From Actinomycetota bacterium (lineage in GTDB: Bacteria > Actinomycetota > Actinomycetes > JAKEEW01): a DNA stretch of 64,000 nt. Shown piece by piece: positions 36,808-46,445 of the stretch. The stretch lies in contig JBKPTD010000007.1 in assembly GCA_046735375.1 (NCBI GenBank), forward strand, positions 2,545-66,544. Reading direction: 5' to 3'. Under the pieces are notes generated by a model. It did not search any database. It had not been told where the DNA came from and was given only the letters and a program-made list of their open reading frames with translations. How positions within the stretch are numbered: the first letter of the stretch is position 1; each line of letters opens with the position of its first letter. A program made the translations under genes and the position numbers.

Positions 36808-36826
36808 TCGTTAGTTTACCTAACGA
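36808..36826. promoter_or_regulatory. Palindromic operator candidate (MarR autoregulation)
   Basis: TCGTTAG-tttac-CTAACGA immediately upstream of the marR start codon. Confidence 0.55.
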
Positions 36827-37258
36827 ACTGTAATACCTGCAAACCCCGAATGCCCCTCACATGGAACGTACCAAAGAGGCTCACCGGGCTGCTTGTCTGC
36901 CCGCAGTGGCTGCCCGCCGAACTGGAGGTCGTGCTCGGCATCACCGACAGCCACCACGACAAATAATTAGCGATCCTTCGGCGACATGGCGAGCCAGAGT
37001 CGGGTCTGCGAGCCGTCGTAGCGGCGCTGCGCGGGCGAGCGAGAACGCAGTAGCGGTTAGGCCGTTCTGCGCGGGCCCAGGTCGGTTGGAGTCAGCCTCT
37101 GTGGGGGTTCGGTACCTGCTATCGCGCTCCTTAGGGAGCACGTCTACGCGTCCAAGAAGAGTCACCCAGCTCGGGGCGACCGTGACGAGCGGTGCGAGCG
37201 TGGCAGATCATGTCCCGTCTTTACCAGAGGCTCGCCGAGATCTCGGTAACCTCATGCC

Positions 37259-37708
37259 ATGGGGAAGCGTCCCAGGTACGACCGCGTTGAGCCGTACCAG
37301 CCGCCTGAGCGTCCCGATGCCGCAACGCAGGCGCGACATGCCCGGTCGCATGCGAAAGACACGCCTGACGCTTCCGCCTCGGATGAATCTGGACCAGTGA
37401 GCGGCAGGCGAGGCCGTCCAGAGCCGGCCAAGCCGGGCGATCACGGCCAAGCCGCTTCGGCGGCACCACAGCCGGTGGATGTCGACGGCGTCGCAATCGT
37501 CACCGTCGGCACCATCCTGTGGGCGATCGCGTTCGTCGCGCTGCTGCCGTTCCGCAGCCGGCTAGCCGATCACAACATCGACTGGTGGCTGTGGACCTGC
37601 CTCGCCGGGGTCGCGATGGGCCTGTGGGGGATCAGCTACTGCCGTCGCCGTCGCAACCGGATCAGAGCCCGTGACGAGCGGCCTACGCCTCGTCAGACGT
37701 CGTCGTAA
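37259..37708 (+). CDS. DUF2530 membrane protein
   Basis: VGTILW...WWLWTCLAG pattern; start uncertain. Confidence 0.78.
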   Translation: MGKRPRYDRVEPYQPPERPDAATQARHARSHAKDTPDASASDESGPVSGRRGRPEPAKPGDHGQAASAAPQPVDVDGVAIVTVGTILWAIAFVALLPFRSRLADHNIDWWLWTCLAGVAMGLWGISYCRRRRNRIRARDERPTPRQTSS

Positions 37709-38457
37709 CCGAACTCGTCGACGATCGGGGATGCCGCCCCGGCCGGCGTCCCCATCACGGCTGCCTCGGAGTGCGCGCCGCACCCGTGGTCGAGGGAGAC
37801 AACTCGCCCGTCGCTGGGCGAATACTCGTTCGCGCAGACGCCGAAAGCATGCCGCAGCGAACCGCGCAGGCTCATCAGAAAGCCGCAGGTCGAACACTGG
37901 GCCGGGGCCGATTCGGCCATCGGCGAATGCGGGCCGCCCTCACCGGAATACCACCGTTTCGCGGCGAGCTCGGCACCGTACTGCGAGAGCACGCGTGACC
38001 TGCCCAGGCCGAGCTCGTACGCCACCGGCGAGGTCTGGACGAACTCGTCGGGTTCCTCCTCGGCACCGGTGTAGCCGGGATCGAGCCGTTCGTCGTCCTC
38101 CGCTGTCGGCAGCAGGTCGCCCGCCCGCAGATCGCCCGGACGTAGCCGTTCGCTCCACGGCACCCAGGCCGGCGCCAGCAGCGCCTCCGCACCTGGCAGG
38201 AGGACCACCTCGTCCACGGTGACCGACCTGGCGCGCGAGGCCCGCGCGACGGTGGCCGCCCACCGCCAGCCGTGATAGCCGGCGGACAGGCAGTCGAAGT
38301 AATGAGTGACGACCCGGTCGGCGTCAGGTGTTACGCCGAGGTGGACACCGACATGATCGGCGCCGGCGACCTCGACGGCGGCAGCACGCGCGAGATCGAC
38401 CGCGGCCGCGCACTGCGCGTCCGCGGTCTTTGATCGACTTCGAGGCCCGCTGCTCAC
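37693..38457 (-). CDS. DUF3027 protein
   Basis: GYHGWRW, LRPGDL, CSTCGF, FGVCANE and DHGCGAHSE motifs. Confidence 0.88.
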   Translation of the reverse strand: MSSGPRSRSKTADAQCAAAVDLARAAAVEVAGADHVGVHLGVTPDADRVVTHYFDCLSAGYHGWRWAATVARASRARSVTVDEVVLLPGAEALLAPAWVPWSERLRPGDLRAGDLLPTAEDDERLDPGYTGAEEEPDEFVQTSPVAYELGLGRSRVLSQYGAELAAKRWYSGEGGPHSPMAESAPAQCSTCGFLMSLRGSLRHAFGVCANEYSPSDGRVVSLDHGCGAHSEAAVMGTPAGAASPIVDEFGYDDV

Positions 38458-38592
38458 CGCCCCGATTCTGGCGTACGTACCCCCGCTCGGGCGAATTCGA
38501 TCGATCACCTGACCCGTTTGGGAAGGGAGAAGGGGTGCAGACCGCGCCGAAACATGGCTTGTGGCGTGCCGCGGGTCGGGCAGGATTGTGAT

Positions 38593-40011
38593 GTGAGCGA
38601 CGACTTCGGCCGAGGGGGTACCGACAGCGCACAGCGTGCGCTGGAGGCGGCCAAGTCGACGGCGGCTTCGATGGCCCGGTTCAGCAGCGGCGCCGCCAAG
38701 GGCACCGTCCGCAGAATCAGGAGAGCCACCCACGCGGGCGGCGCAGGAGAATCGGGCCTGGCCAAGGTCATCGAGCTGCAAGCGTTCAACGCCGCAGGGG
38801 ACACCTTGATCGCGGTGTCCCTGGCCGGCACCCTGTTCTTCGACGTACCGCTGGGCGAGGCGCGCGGAAAGGTTGCCCTGTACCTCCTGATCACCATGGC
38901 GCCGTTCGCGATCGTGGCACCGGTAGTCGGGCCCCTCCTGGACCGACTACGCCACGGCCGACGCTGGGCGCTCGCCACGGCGATGCTGGCTCGCGCATTC
39001 CTCGCCTGGGTCATGGCCGACGCCGTGACGGGTGGCCTCGCTCTCTACCCCGCAGCCTTCGGCGCGCTTGTCGCCTCGAAGGCACAAGGTGTCCTGCGCG
39101 GTGCCCTCGTACCCCGGATGCTTCCGCCGTCGACCACACTCGTCCGTGCCAACGCCCGGGTTTCGATGGCAGGCACGATCGCGATGCTCGTCGCCGGACC
39201 GATCGGGGCCGCGCTCGCATGGATCGGCCCGCAGTGGTCGCTCCGGGCGGCCTTCGTCGTCTTCGCGATCGGCATGGTGCTCGCCCTCAAGCTCCCCCAC
39301 CGGGTGGACGCTCCCGTTGACGACGGCGAGCAGGAGGAGCCAGAGCGAACGGCCATCGGTGAGATCGTCGGCAAGCCGCGCGGTGTCAGCGGCGGCGTCG
39401 TCATGGCCCTGCGGGCAAACGCGGCCTTCCGCGCGTTCTCCGGCTTCCTGATCATCTATTTGGCGTTCCTGCTCAAGAGCCAGCCGCTCGAGGGGATGTC
39501 CACGACCGCGATGTATGCGCTCGTCGCCACCGGGGCTGCCATCGGCAGCTTCCTCGGCACCGCACTCGGCTCGCGGCTACCGGCGCGCTCGCCCGAGCCT
39601 GTGATCATGCTGCTGATGATCCTGGAGACGCTCACCCTTGCCGTGAGCGCCCTGTGGTACGGAGTGGTCAGCGTCGTCGGCCTTGCCGCAGTTGCCGGCT
39701 TCAGTCAGTCGCTGGGCAAACTGGCGCTGGATGCGTTGTTGCAGCGGGATGTCGACGAGGGGATTCGCGCGTCTGTCTTCGCGCGCGTGGAGACCTTGCT
39801 TCAACTCACCTGGGTTCTCGGCGGTTTCGCCGGGATCGTGCTCACGCTGTGGCGCGGAGCCGGCGGCGGTATCAGCTTCGGCGCCGCCGCGATCTTGATG
39901 TTCCTCACACTCGTCTACGTCATCCGCGGACTTGCCCGATCGCGGCGCCGCCGCTCCGCAGCCGACGGCACACTCGAGGCGGCCGCGGTCCCCGGCTCCC
40001 AAGCCCACTGA
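38593..40011 (+). CDS. MFS-like membrane protein
   Basis: GAGESGLA and ALYLLITMAPF motifs; many TM; conserved neighbour of DUF3027/cspB. Confidence 0.85.
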   Translation: MSDDFGRGGTDSAQRALEAAKSTAASMARFSSGAAKGTVRRIRRATHAGGAGESGLAKVIELQAFNAAGDTLIAVSLAGTLFFDVPLGEARGKVALYLLITMAPFAIVAPVVGPLLDRLRHGRRWALATAMLARAFLAWVMADAVTGGLALYPAAFGALVASKAQGVLRGALVPRMLPPSTTLVRANARVSMAGTIAMLVAGPIGAALAWIGPQWSLRAAFVVFAIGMVLALKLPHRVDAPVDDGEQEEPERTAIGEIVGKPRGVSGGVVMALRANAAFRAFSGFLIIYLAFLLKSQPLEGMSTTAMYALVATGAAIGSFLGTALGSRLPARSPEPVIMLLMILETLTLAVSALWYGVVSVVGLAAVAGFSQSLGKLALDALLQRDVDEGIRASVFARVETLLQLTWVLGGFAGIVLTLWRGAGGGISFGAAAILMFLTLVYVIRGLARSRRRRSAADGTLEAAAVPGSQAH

Positions 40012-40051
40012 CAGCACCGCGGGAAGCTGACCGAGACGGCCCGTTGGCGTG

Positions 40052-40429
40052 TCAGGCTTGGAGGTCGTCGGCGACGGCGCGCAGGACAGCCGCGATCTTC
40101 GGTGCATCCGGCGGATACTTGCCGCGGCGCAGCGAGTTGGATAGTCCGTCGAGCAGCTTGATGAGGTCCTCCACGATGGGCACCATCTCGTCGGGCTTCT
40201 TGCGCTTGGCCTTCGCGATCGACGGTGGCGCTTCGAGCACGCGTATCGCAAGCGCCTGGTCGCCACGGCGACCTTCGGCGACTCCGAACTCAACTCGCTG
40301 TCCGGGCCGCAGTGCAGGCACGCCCTCCGGGAGCGCGGAGGAGTGTACGAAGACGTCCGAGCCGTCGTCGCGCGAGATGAAGCCGAAGCCCTTCTCGCTG
40401 TCGAACCACTTGACCTTGCCGGTGGGCAC
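40052..40429 (-). CDS. cspB: Cold-shock domain protein, long actinobacterial CspB type
   Basis: [14 protein letters not shown] and DVFVH motifs; C-terminal extension. Confidence 0.92.
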   Translation of the reverse strand: MPTGKVKWFDSEKGFGFISRDDGSDVFVHSSALPEGVPALRPGQRVEFGVAEGRRGDQALAIRVLEAPPSIAKAKRKKPDEMVPIVEDLIKLLDGLSNSLRRGKYPPDAPKIAAVLRAVADDLQA

Positions 40430-40807
40430 CAAAACCTCGTTCATGAAGTGAACTGCGGCCGGCGGGCCGCACCGTTGCTGCCGGCCAAACCGGCCGACGG
40501 CCCATCTAGGCTACCGACCGCCCTGGAACCGCCCAACCCGGATCCGGCCTGCCGATTGAGGCAATGAACCCGGTCTGGAGGGCTGGCACGCGCCGCCGTA
40601 CCAGAACCGGCCATCCCGCCAACACTCACGGTGCCCCCCTTTCATGCCACGCACGTTTTAGCGTCGTGCGAGCGTGATGGTCGGTGGCAACGCTCATGTC
40701 CATTGCGAGATGAACCACGGTGTCAACGCCGCTGAAACGGCCGGCGATCACGGATCACGGATTGCTCGCCCCTGGGTCGCGCATCAATGCCAGCAAACTG
40801 TGGCGCC

Positions 40808-42244
40808 CTAGGCGTGCCAGCGAGCTCGAAGGGCTTCGTTCATGGAGCCAGACCGGAAGCCACGGGGGTCGACTGCTACCTCGGAGAAGCCCGCCGCCCG
40901 CACCGCCGCAAGGGATTCCCCCATGTCGGCGACTCGATCGACGACGCCGGCATCGACCTCGATCCTGGCGCGATCCTCGCCGAGATCTCGTACACGAAGA
41001 TCACGGACGTCGATGCCCGCCCCGCTCAGGGCGGCACGCAGCGCCTGCTCCGCGCGCTCCACCCGGGCGAGACCGGCTGATGTGATCGTGATGCCGTAAG
41101 CGAGCCGGCTGGAAAGGCAGGCTGCCGCGGGCTTGTCCCAGGTCCTCAGTCCCCACGCACGGGAGGCCTCGCGCACCTCCGGCTTAGTGAAGCGCGCGTC
41201 CCGCAGCGGCGTGACGGCGCCGCGCTCGGCCGCGGCCCGGATACCCGGGCGGAAGTCGGCAACGGCGTCGTCCTGGTTAGTCCCGGTGAGGACGTAGGCA
41301 AGGCCGTGCTCGGCGGCCAGCGGCACGAGCACATCCAGCAGCTCTGCCTTGCAGAAGTAGCAGCGGTTCCCCGCGTTCGCCCGGTAGCGCGGGTCGTCGA
41401 GCTCTTCCGTGCGCGGCCTCAGGTGGCGGACGCCAAGATCTCGAGCGAAGGCGGCCGCCTGGTCCAGCTCGGACTGGGGAAGGCTCGCCGAAACGGCCGT
41501 CGCCGCGACGACATTCCCAGGGCCGAGCGCGCGGACGGCGGCAGCAAGGACGAAGGCGGAGTCGGCCCCGCCGGAAAACGCGACCAGAACGGAACCGAGG
41601 CGGTGCAGGTGTGCATCGAGATCGGCAACCTTCTGGTCGAGGACGAAGCCGTCCAGCCAAGAGGAAAAGTCGTCCAGTGACGCGAGCACGACATCGGCGC
41701 CGGCGGCGGTTAGGTCAGCTGCGGAGACCGGACCCGTGGTCACGCCAACGGCGACCGCACCCGCGGCCTTCGCCCCGACCATGTCCGACTCGTGGTCGCC
41801 CACGTAGATCGTCGCCCCGTGCTCGGCAAGGGCCGCTCCCTTGGCGGGACCCCATCGCCAACCGACCAGGTCGTCCACCGGGATGTCGAGATGATCAAGG
41901 TGGAGTCGCGCGTTGGGTTCGTACTTCGCCGTGACCACGACCACTCGGCCGCCATGCCGATGGACGGTGTCGACCGCGGCGCGCGCCCCCGGCAGGAGCG
42001 ATGTGCCGGCGATGGCGAAGGTGGGATACAGGGCGCGGAATTCGCCCGCTCGCGCACCAACCTCGTCGGTGGGGAACCAGTTGGCGAGTTCAACCTCCAG
42101 CGGCGGGCCCAGCCGGGAGACCGTCGCCTCCACGTCGATCGGTACCCCGGTCCGCCGAGCCAGCTCTGCCCAGGTCGCGGCGATCCCGGATCGGCTGTCG
42201 ATCAGCGTCATGTCGAGGTCGAATCCCACCACCAGCTCTCGCAC
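40808..42244 (-). CDS. larE: HAD-like phosphatase fused to LarE-family ATP-dependent sulfur transferase
   Basis: N-terminal GFDLDMT and YVGD; C-terminal PP-loop SGGADS, CYFCK, DFRPG, WDKPAAACLSSR and GFRSGSMN, all in one frame. Confidence 0.88.
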   Translation of the reverse strand: MRELVVGFDLDMTLIDSRSGIAATWAELARRTGVPIDVEATVSRLGPPLEVELANWFPTDEVGARAGEFRALYPTFAIAGTSLLPGARAAVDTVHRHGGRVVVVTAKYEPNARLHLDHLDIPVDDLVGWRWGPAKGAALAEHGATIYVGDHESDMVGAKAAGAVAVGVTTGPVSAADLTAAGADVVLASLDDFSSWLDGFVLDQKVADLDAHLHRLGSVLVAFSGGADSAFVLAAAVRALGPGNVVAATAVSASLPQSELDQAAAFARDLGVRHLRPRTEELDDPRYRANAGNRCYFCKAELLDVLVPLAAEHGLAYVLTGTNQDDAVADFRPGIRAAAERGAVTPLRDARFTKPEVREASRAWGLRTWDKPAAACLSSRLAYGITITSAGLARVERAEQALRAALSGAGIDVRDLRVRDLGEDRARIEVDAGVVDRVADMGESLAAVRAAGFSEVAVDPRGFRSGSMNEALRARWHA

Positions 42245-42354
42245 GGCCGCCAGCCTATGTCGGCTTGGGTGTGCCGAAGCGGGCCGCAATGAGCAATGCA
42301 GGGCCCGACGCGGAGGACAAGGCCGTGCGGAGGGGTCGAGCTTTGGCGGCGTGC

Positions 42355-42444
42355 GTACACATCAGCACGGTCAATCGACGCTCAGATGGGATAAAGCAGT
42401 GCTTAAGGGCAAGAGGTAGGCCCGTTGACCGTGTTGCGCTGTAC
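42355..42444. repeat. 90-bp inverted-repeat cassette (left)
   Basis: gtacacatcagcacggtcaa - 50 bp - ttgaccgtgttgcgctgtac. Confidence 0.8.
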
Positions 42445-42476
42445 CGCCGGCAGGGTTTGGTCGGTGCGCCGGGTTC

Positions 42477-43376
42477 CTAAGACGTGCGATCGGCCTGCCA
42501 ACGCCCCTGCAGGGTCGCCAAGATCAGGTCGGCACACCGCGATCGGTTGTAGAGCACATCCTCATAGGTGAGCTCCAGCAGCGCCCACCCCGCGCGCTCG
42601 ATCGCATTCCGGCGGCGACGGTCCTTGCGGAAAGCACCGTGGTCGGCGTGGTGGGCGAAGCCGTCATGCTCAATCGCGAGCCGGACAGGGCGACCGCGCC
42701 ATTGAACGACTGCAAGGTCTACCCGTGCCACGAGGTGGCCATTGCGACGGATCTCGTGCTGCAGACTCGGCTGAGGTAATCGTTTGTCGGTCATGAATAC
42801 ATACCTCGCGAGGCTCTCGCCAGGTGACTCGGCAAGGCCGCTGGCTGCGAGGCTGACCCGCCGAGCACCGCGGGAGCCAGGGCCTTGGCTCAAACCGACC
42901 GATTCACGAAGACTGCTCTCGTCGACAAGGCCCATTCTGAGCGCAGAGTCGGCAATGACGAGCGCCTCATGAGCAGCCATCGTCCGCGCGCAGTCCAAGA
43001 CCGTACGTAAGGGCGTGGTGACAGGAATCGGAGCGCAAACGGTATCGGTTGGGCCGAGCGAAACCCGATGGACGATCGCATCGACGGCCGGGATCCGGCT
43101 GTGGTTCTCGGCTACGGCCACATGCGCCCCAGGCAGGTCGACAAGGTCCATTCCCCAGAAGGATGCCGCCGAGGCATGAGAGACATAGCCGCTGGCGAGA
43201 ACAGCGGCGACATGTACGGGGTGCGTACCTGGCAGCGCGTAGACGCCTCGACCCGCTCGCACAACATCGTTGGCAGCGACAGCCGCGCCTAATGCGCGCC
43301 GCGAAACGCCCGCGGCGGCCAGACCCTGCCATCTAGCAACACCACCGCGTGCCTCGAGCGCGTCGATCGGATGCAT
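42477..43376 (-). CDS. AbiEi-type wHTH plus DUF559/Vsr-like nuclease-fold protein
   Basis: GGVARW...RAGRGVY, SHASAA, TTPLRTVLDCAR, AESPGES, RVDLA...AIEHDG..HH and DRRRRNAI..AGW motifs. Confidence 0.85.
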   Translation of the reverse strand: MHPIDALEARGGVARWQGLAAAGVSRRALGAAVAANDVVRAGRGVYALPGTHPVHVAAVLASGYVSHASAASFWGMDLVDLPGAHVAVAENHSRIPAVDAIVHRVSLGPTDTVCAPIPVTTPLRTVLDCARTMAAHEALVIADSALRMGLVDESSLRESVGLSQGPGSRGARRVSLAASGLAESPGESLARYVFMTDKRLPQPSLQHEIRRNGHLVARVDLAVVQWRGRPVRLAIEHDGFAHHADHGAFRKDRRRRNAIERAGWALLELTYEDVLYNRSRCADLILATLQGRWQADRTS

Positions 43377-43444
43377 GATCGCGATGTTGGCATGGGAACG
43401 GGGCCCTGAGCCGGCCTGTGAATACGGCGCGTGGTACTGCTCGC

Positions 43445-43534
43445 GTACACATCAGCACGGCCAACGATCGGACATAGCCGGCATTGGGTGCCGTAAAGGG
43501 AGGCGGCGCGTCGATTGACCGTGTTCTCTTGCAC
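43445..43534. repeat. 90-bp inverted-repeat cassette (right)
   Basis: gtacacatcagcacggccaa - 50 bp - ttgaccgtgttctcttgcac. Confidence 0.8.
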
Positions 43535-43763
43535 GGCAGCAAAGTGGTTGCGCCGTACGCCGGACAAGATGCTTGCAAGGCTCACTTGTTCCGCGACCGA
43601 CCTGCACTCGCCCGGAGCAACTTCAACCGATGGCGTCGCAGCGAGTGATCCGTGGGGCCGGCGGCGCAGCGACGCAGGTCAGAGGGGTGCGAGCGACTCG
43701 ACAAGTGGCTTGAGCTGTGATGGTCCGAAGTGTGGAATGCGATCGTTTGGGCACACCGGACGC

Positions 43764-44078
43764 ATGGTTAGGTACGCATCTCGCACGCGAGGCACCGCGG
43801 ACGACGTCGGATGGGGCATCGCTTCGCTCGTCTGGCTGCTTGCCGTCGTGGCCGCGGCCTTCCTAGTTCTCTACATCATCCTCGTTCTCTTCGAGGCCAA
43901 CCCAAGCAATGATCTCGTCAACTTCATCAGCGACGTCGCGAACAAGCTGGCATGGGTCTTCCGTGACCTGTTCAACGTCGCCAACAGGAAGCTCGAGATC
44001 GTCCTCAACTATGGCCTGGCCGCAGTGGTCTATCTCGCAGTCGGCCGTGTCGCCGCTCGCGCATTGAACCGCGTGTAA
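43764..44078 (+). CDS. Small hypothetical membrane protein
   Basis: Hydrophobic helices; ANPSN and NYGLAA segments; high GC3. Confidence 0.75.
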   Translation: MVRYASRTRGTADDVGWGIASLVWLLAVVAAAFLVLYIILVLFEANPSNDLVNFISDVANKLAWVFRDLFNVANRKLEIVLNYGLAAVVYLAVGRVAARALNRV

Positions 44079-44101
44079 GACCAGCGCGCAGCGCTCACGA
44101 A

Positions 44102-44141
44102 CTGGACACCCCGCTCGCCGCCGCCGAGAGGGGGTGTCCAG
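44102..44141. terminator. Hairpin between convergent genes
   Basis: ctggacacccc...ggggtgtccag. Confidence 0.6.
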
Positions 44142-44155
44142 CTGTCCGGGGGCGT

Positions 44156-44995
44156 CTACCGACGGTTGCGCCGTTCGCTGACCAGCCGCAGCAGCAAGTA
44201 GCCGGCGGAAAGGAACCCGGCGACCCACGGCCAGTAAGAGAAGAAATCGCCCAGCGCGCCCATCGCCCGGTGGAACCGCTGGTCGGTGCTACCGGTCCGA
44301 TCCTGGGCCTCCGTCACCCACACGATGAAGACTCCGGTGCCTAGCGTGACCGCCGGAACGATGACGAATGCGATCGACTTGTCCCGGTAGTTCCAGACCT
44401 TCGAAGGCACCGTGAGCGCGACCCCTATCAGAAAGCCGAGGTAGCTGAGAAATACGGTGCCGATGGTGTAGAAGAGGAGCGCGCCGATCTCGAGCAGATT
44501 GTGGCCTTTGACGAGAGCGGTCGCCTTGGACGGTGCCTCCGACAGGGTCGCGGGCGCCCAGGAGCGGTCGCCGTTACGCGCGAGTATTCCGCGCCGCCAG
44601 ACCGAACCCTCTCGTTCGCCGCCGGTGCCCGGCACTGGCGTCACCGTCGGGGCCACCAAACCGATGTACGGGGCGGGCTGATTCGCCTGCCTGGCCGGAT
44701 CGTCCGCCCGGTCGGTCCCGGTGCCGTCGTTGAAGACCATCGTTTCGTCATCCGTTCGCGGGTCACCAGTCCCCGAATGGTCCGCCCGCCCTACCGACCT
44801 GGCCACCAGGAGTTCGGCAGAGCCCAGCAGGGCGAGAATCCGCGGGATCTGAGCACCGCGCTGGCGCTCGGTCTCGATCCGCAGCCGGACATCCTCGACA
44901 AGTTGGACACGGTCGAGTGGAGCGAGGCGGCCCTGAGCAGCGTCGGCGACCCGGCCAAGGTATTCGTAAATGAGCTGGTCGTCCTGGATGGTCAT
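44156..44995 (-). CDS. Hypothetical membrane protein with HAAS-like N-terminal helical domain
   Basis: YLGRVADAA...RLRIE...ILALLGS followed by C-terminal TMs. Confidence 0.7.
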   Translation of the reverse strand: MTIQDDQLIYEYLGRVADAAQGRLAPLDRVQLVEDVRLRIETERQRGAQIPRILALLGSAELLVARSVGRADHSGTGDPRTDDETMVFNDGTGTDRADDPARQANQPAPYIGLVAPTVTPVPGTGGEREGSVWRRGILARNGDRSWAPATLSEAPSKATALVKGHNLLEIGALLFYTIGTVFLSYLGFLIGVALTVPSKVWNYRDKSIAFVIVPAVTLGTGVFIVWVTEAQDRTGSTDQRFHRAMGALGDFFSYWPWVAGFLSAGYLLLRLVSERRNRR

Positions 44996-45110
44996 GAAGT
45001 CGGCTCCTGGCTGCGGCGTACCCCGCACGGCAACCTCATACTTGCGCAGGACCGCATGTCCGTCACGCCGAAGCGCCGACTGGCGACAGGAGACAAGGAC
45101 GCTCAAAGGC

Positions 45111-46445
45111 TCAGGCAAGCACGAAATAACGAAGCCAGATGTACGGGACGCAGACGAGGAGGGATACCGCCGCGACGACGGCGCCATATCTCGTGAACTC
45201 CCAGAACCCGATCGGATAGCCGTTGCGCTTCGCGATCCCGACCACGACGACGTTCGCGCTGGCGCCAACCGCCGTAGCGTTCCCGCCGAGGTCGGCGCCC
45301 AGGGCCAATGCCCACCAGAGCACCGTCGGATCGGAGCCTGCCGGGGCGTGCGCAACGAGCTCAGACACGACGGGAGCCATCGTGACCACATATGGGATGT
45401 TGTCCACGATCGCCGAGAGGCCGGCGGAGATCCACAGCAACAGCATCGAGGCATAGAACAGCCGACCGTCGATCACGTCGGCAGCGAAGTCAGCCAGATC
45501 CTCGATCACGCCGACCTTCGTGAGCGCACCGACGAGGATGAACAGACCCATGAAGAACGCGAGCGTCTCCCACTCGACCTCCTCGAGGTAGTCGCTGGCG
45601 TCGAGCCGGCTGGTGACGACGAGCAACCCCGCGCCGAGGAGCGCGACGATCGATGGATCGGTGTCGAGTGGACCGCTCAGTACGAAGCCGGCGATAACCA
45701 GCGTGAGGATGACCAGTGAACGGACGAGCAGCCGAGGATCGCTGATCGCCTCGCGTTCGGTAAGCTCCATCACCTCCTCGGCCCGGGCGGCGTCAAAGAC
45801 GTACTCCTTGCGGAAGAGCCACCGGCAGAGCGCCAGGAACACCACGAGGATCACCGCGACGATCGGCGCGAGATTCACCAAGAAATCGTTGAACGACAAC
45901 CCACCATGGCTGCCGATGATGAGGTTGGGCGGATCCCCGATGAGTGTGGCCGTGCCTCCGATGTTGGACGCCAATGCCTGAGCAATGAGGAACGGCGCGG
46001 GTCGTAAGCCCAACCGGTCGCAGACGAGCAGGGTGACCGGAGCCGCCAGGAGGACGATCGTCACGTTCGGCAGGACAGTCGACGCGAGGGCGGTGATGAG
46101 GCAGAGCATCACCATGACCCGGTACGGGCGCCCGCGCGCACGTTTTGCCGACCAGATTGCCAGGTACTCGAACAGCCCGGTCTGTTTGAGCACACCGACC
46201 ATGACCATCATCCCGAACAGCAGGAAGATGACATTCCAGTCGATGCCCGTCTCTTGCGAGAAGAAGATGTCGTTCGCGCCGACGACGCCGACAGCGAGGA
46301 CGATCGCGGCACCGCCGAGAACGGCCACCACCCGGTGGACCCGCTCGGTTGCGATGAGCGCATAGACGCCGACGAAGACGGCAATGACGAGTGCAGTGGT
46401 CACGCGGGCGTCATTTAGTCGGTCCAGGCTCGGCAGGACCGACAT
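45111..46445 (-). CDS. ArsB/NhaD (SLC13-like) ion transporter
   Basis: SNIGGTATLIGDPPN, DNIPY and LGGNATAVGASAN motifs. Confidence 0.92.
   Translation of the reverse strand: MSVLPSLDRLNDARVTTALVIAVFVGVYALIATERVHRVVAVLGGAAIVLAVGVVGANDIFFSQETGIDWNVIFLLFGMMVMVGVLKQTGLFEYLAIWSAKRARGRPYRVMVMLCLITALASTVLPNVTIVLLAAPVTLLVCDRLGLRPAPFLIAQALASNIGGTATLIGDPPNLIIGSHGGLSFNDFLVNLAPIVAVILVVFLALCRWLFRKEYVFDAARAEEVMELTEREAISDPRLLVRSLVILTLVIAGFVLSGPLDTDPSIVALLGAGLLVVTSRLDASDYLEEVEWETLAFFMGLFILVGALTKVGVIEDLADFAADVIDGRLFYASMLLLWISAGLSAIVDNIPYVVTMAPVVSELVAHAPAGSDPTVLWWALALGADLGGNATAVGASANVVVVGIAKRNGYPIGFWEFTRYGAVVAAVSLLVCVPYIWLRYFVLA

Noticed and set aside
36808-36826. IdeR/DtxR box
   Set aside because: It resembles TTAGGT but the spacing is too short for the 19-bp consensus; a MarR operator fits better.
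40441-40629. 62-aa ORF with a G-rich SD upstream of cspB
   Set aside because: Low-complexity product with no recognisable motif; probably promoter/leader sequence.
42477-43376. Type IV toxin-antitoxin (AbiE) pair
   Set aside because: No AbiEii nucleotidyltransferase is adjacent; the gene is solitary and has a nuclease-like C-terminus.
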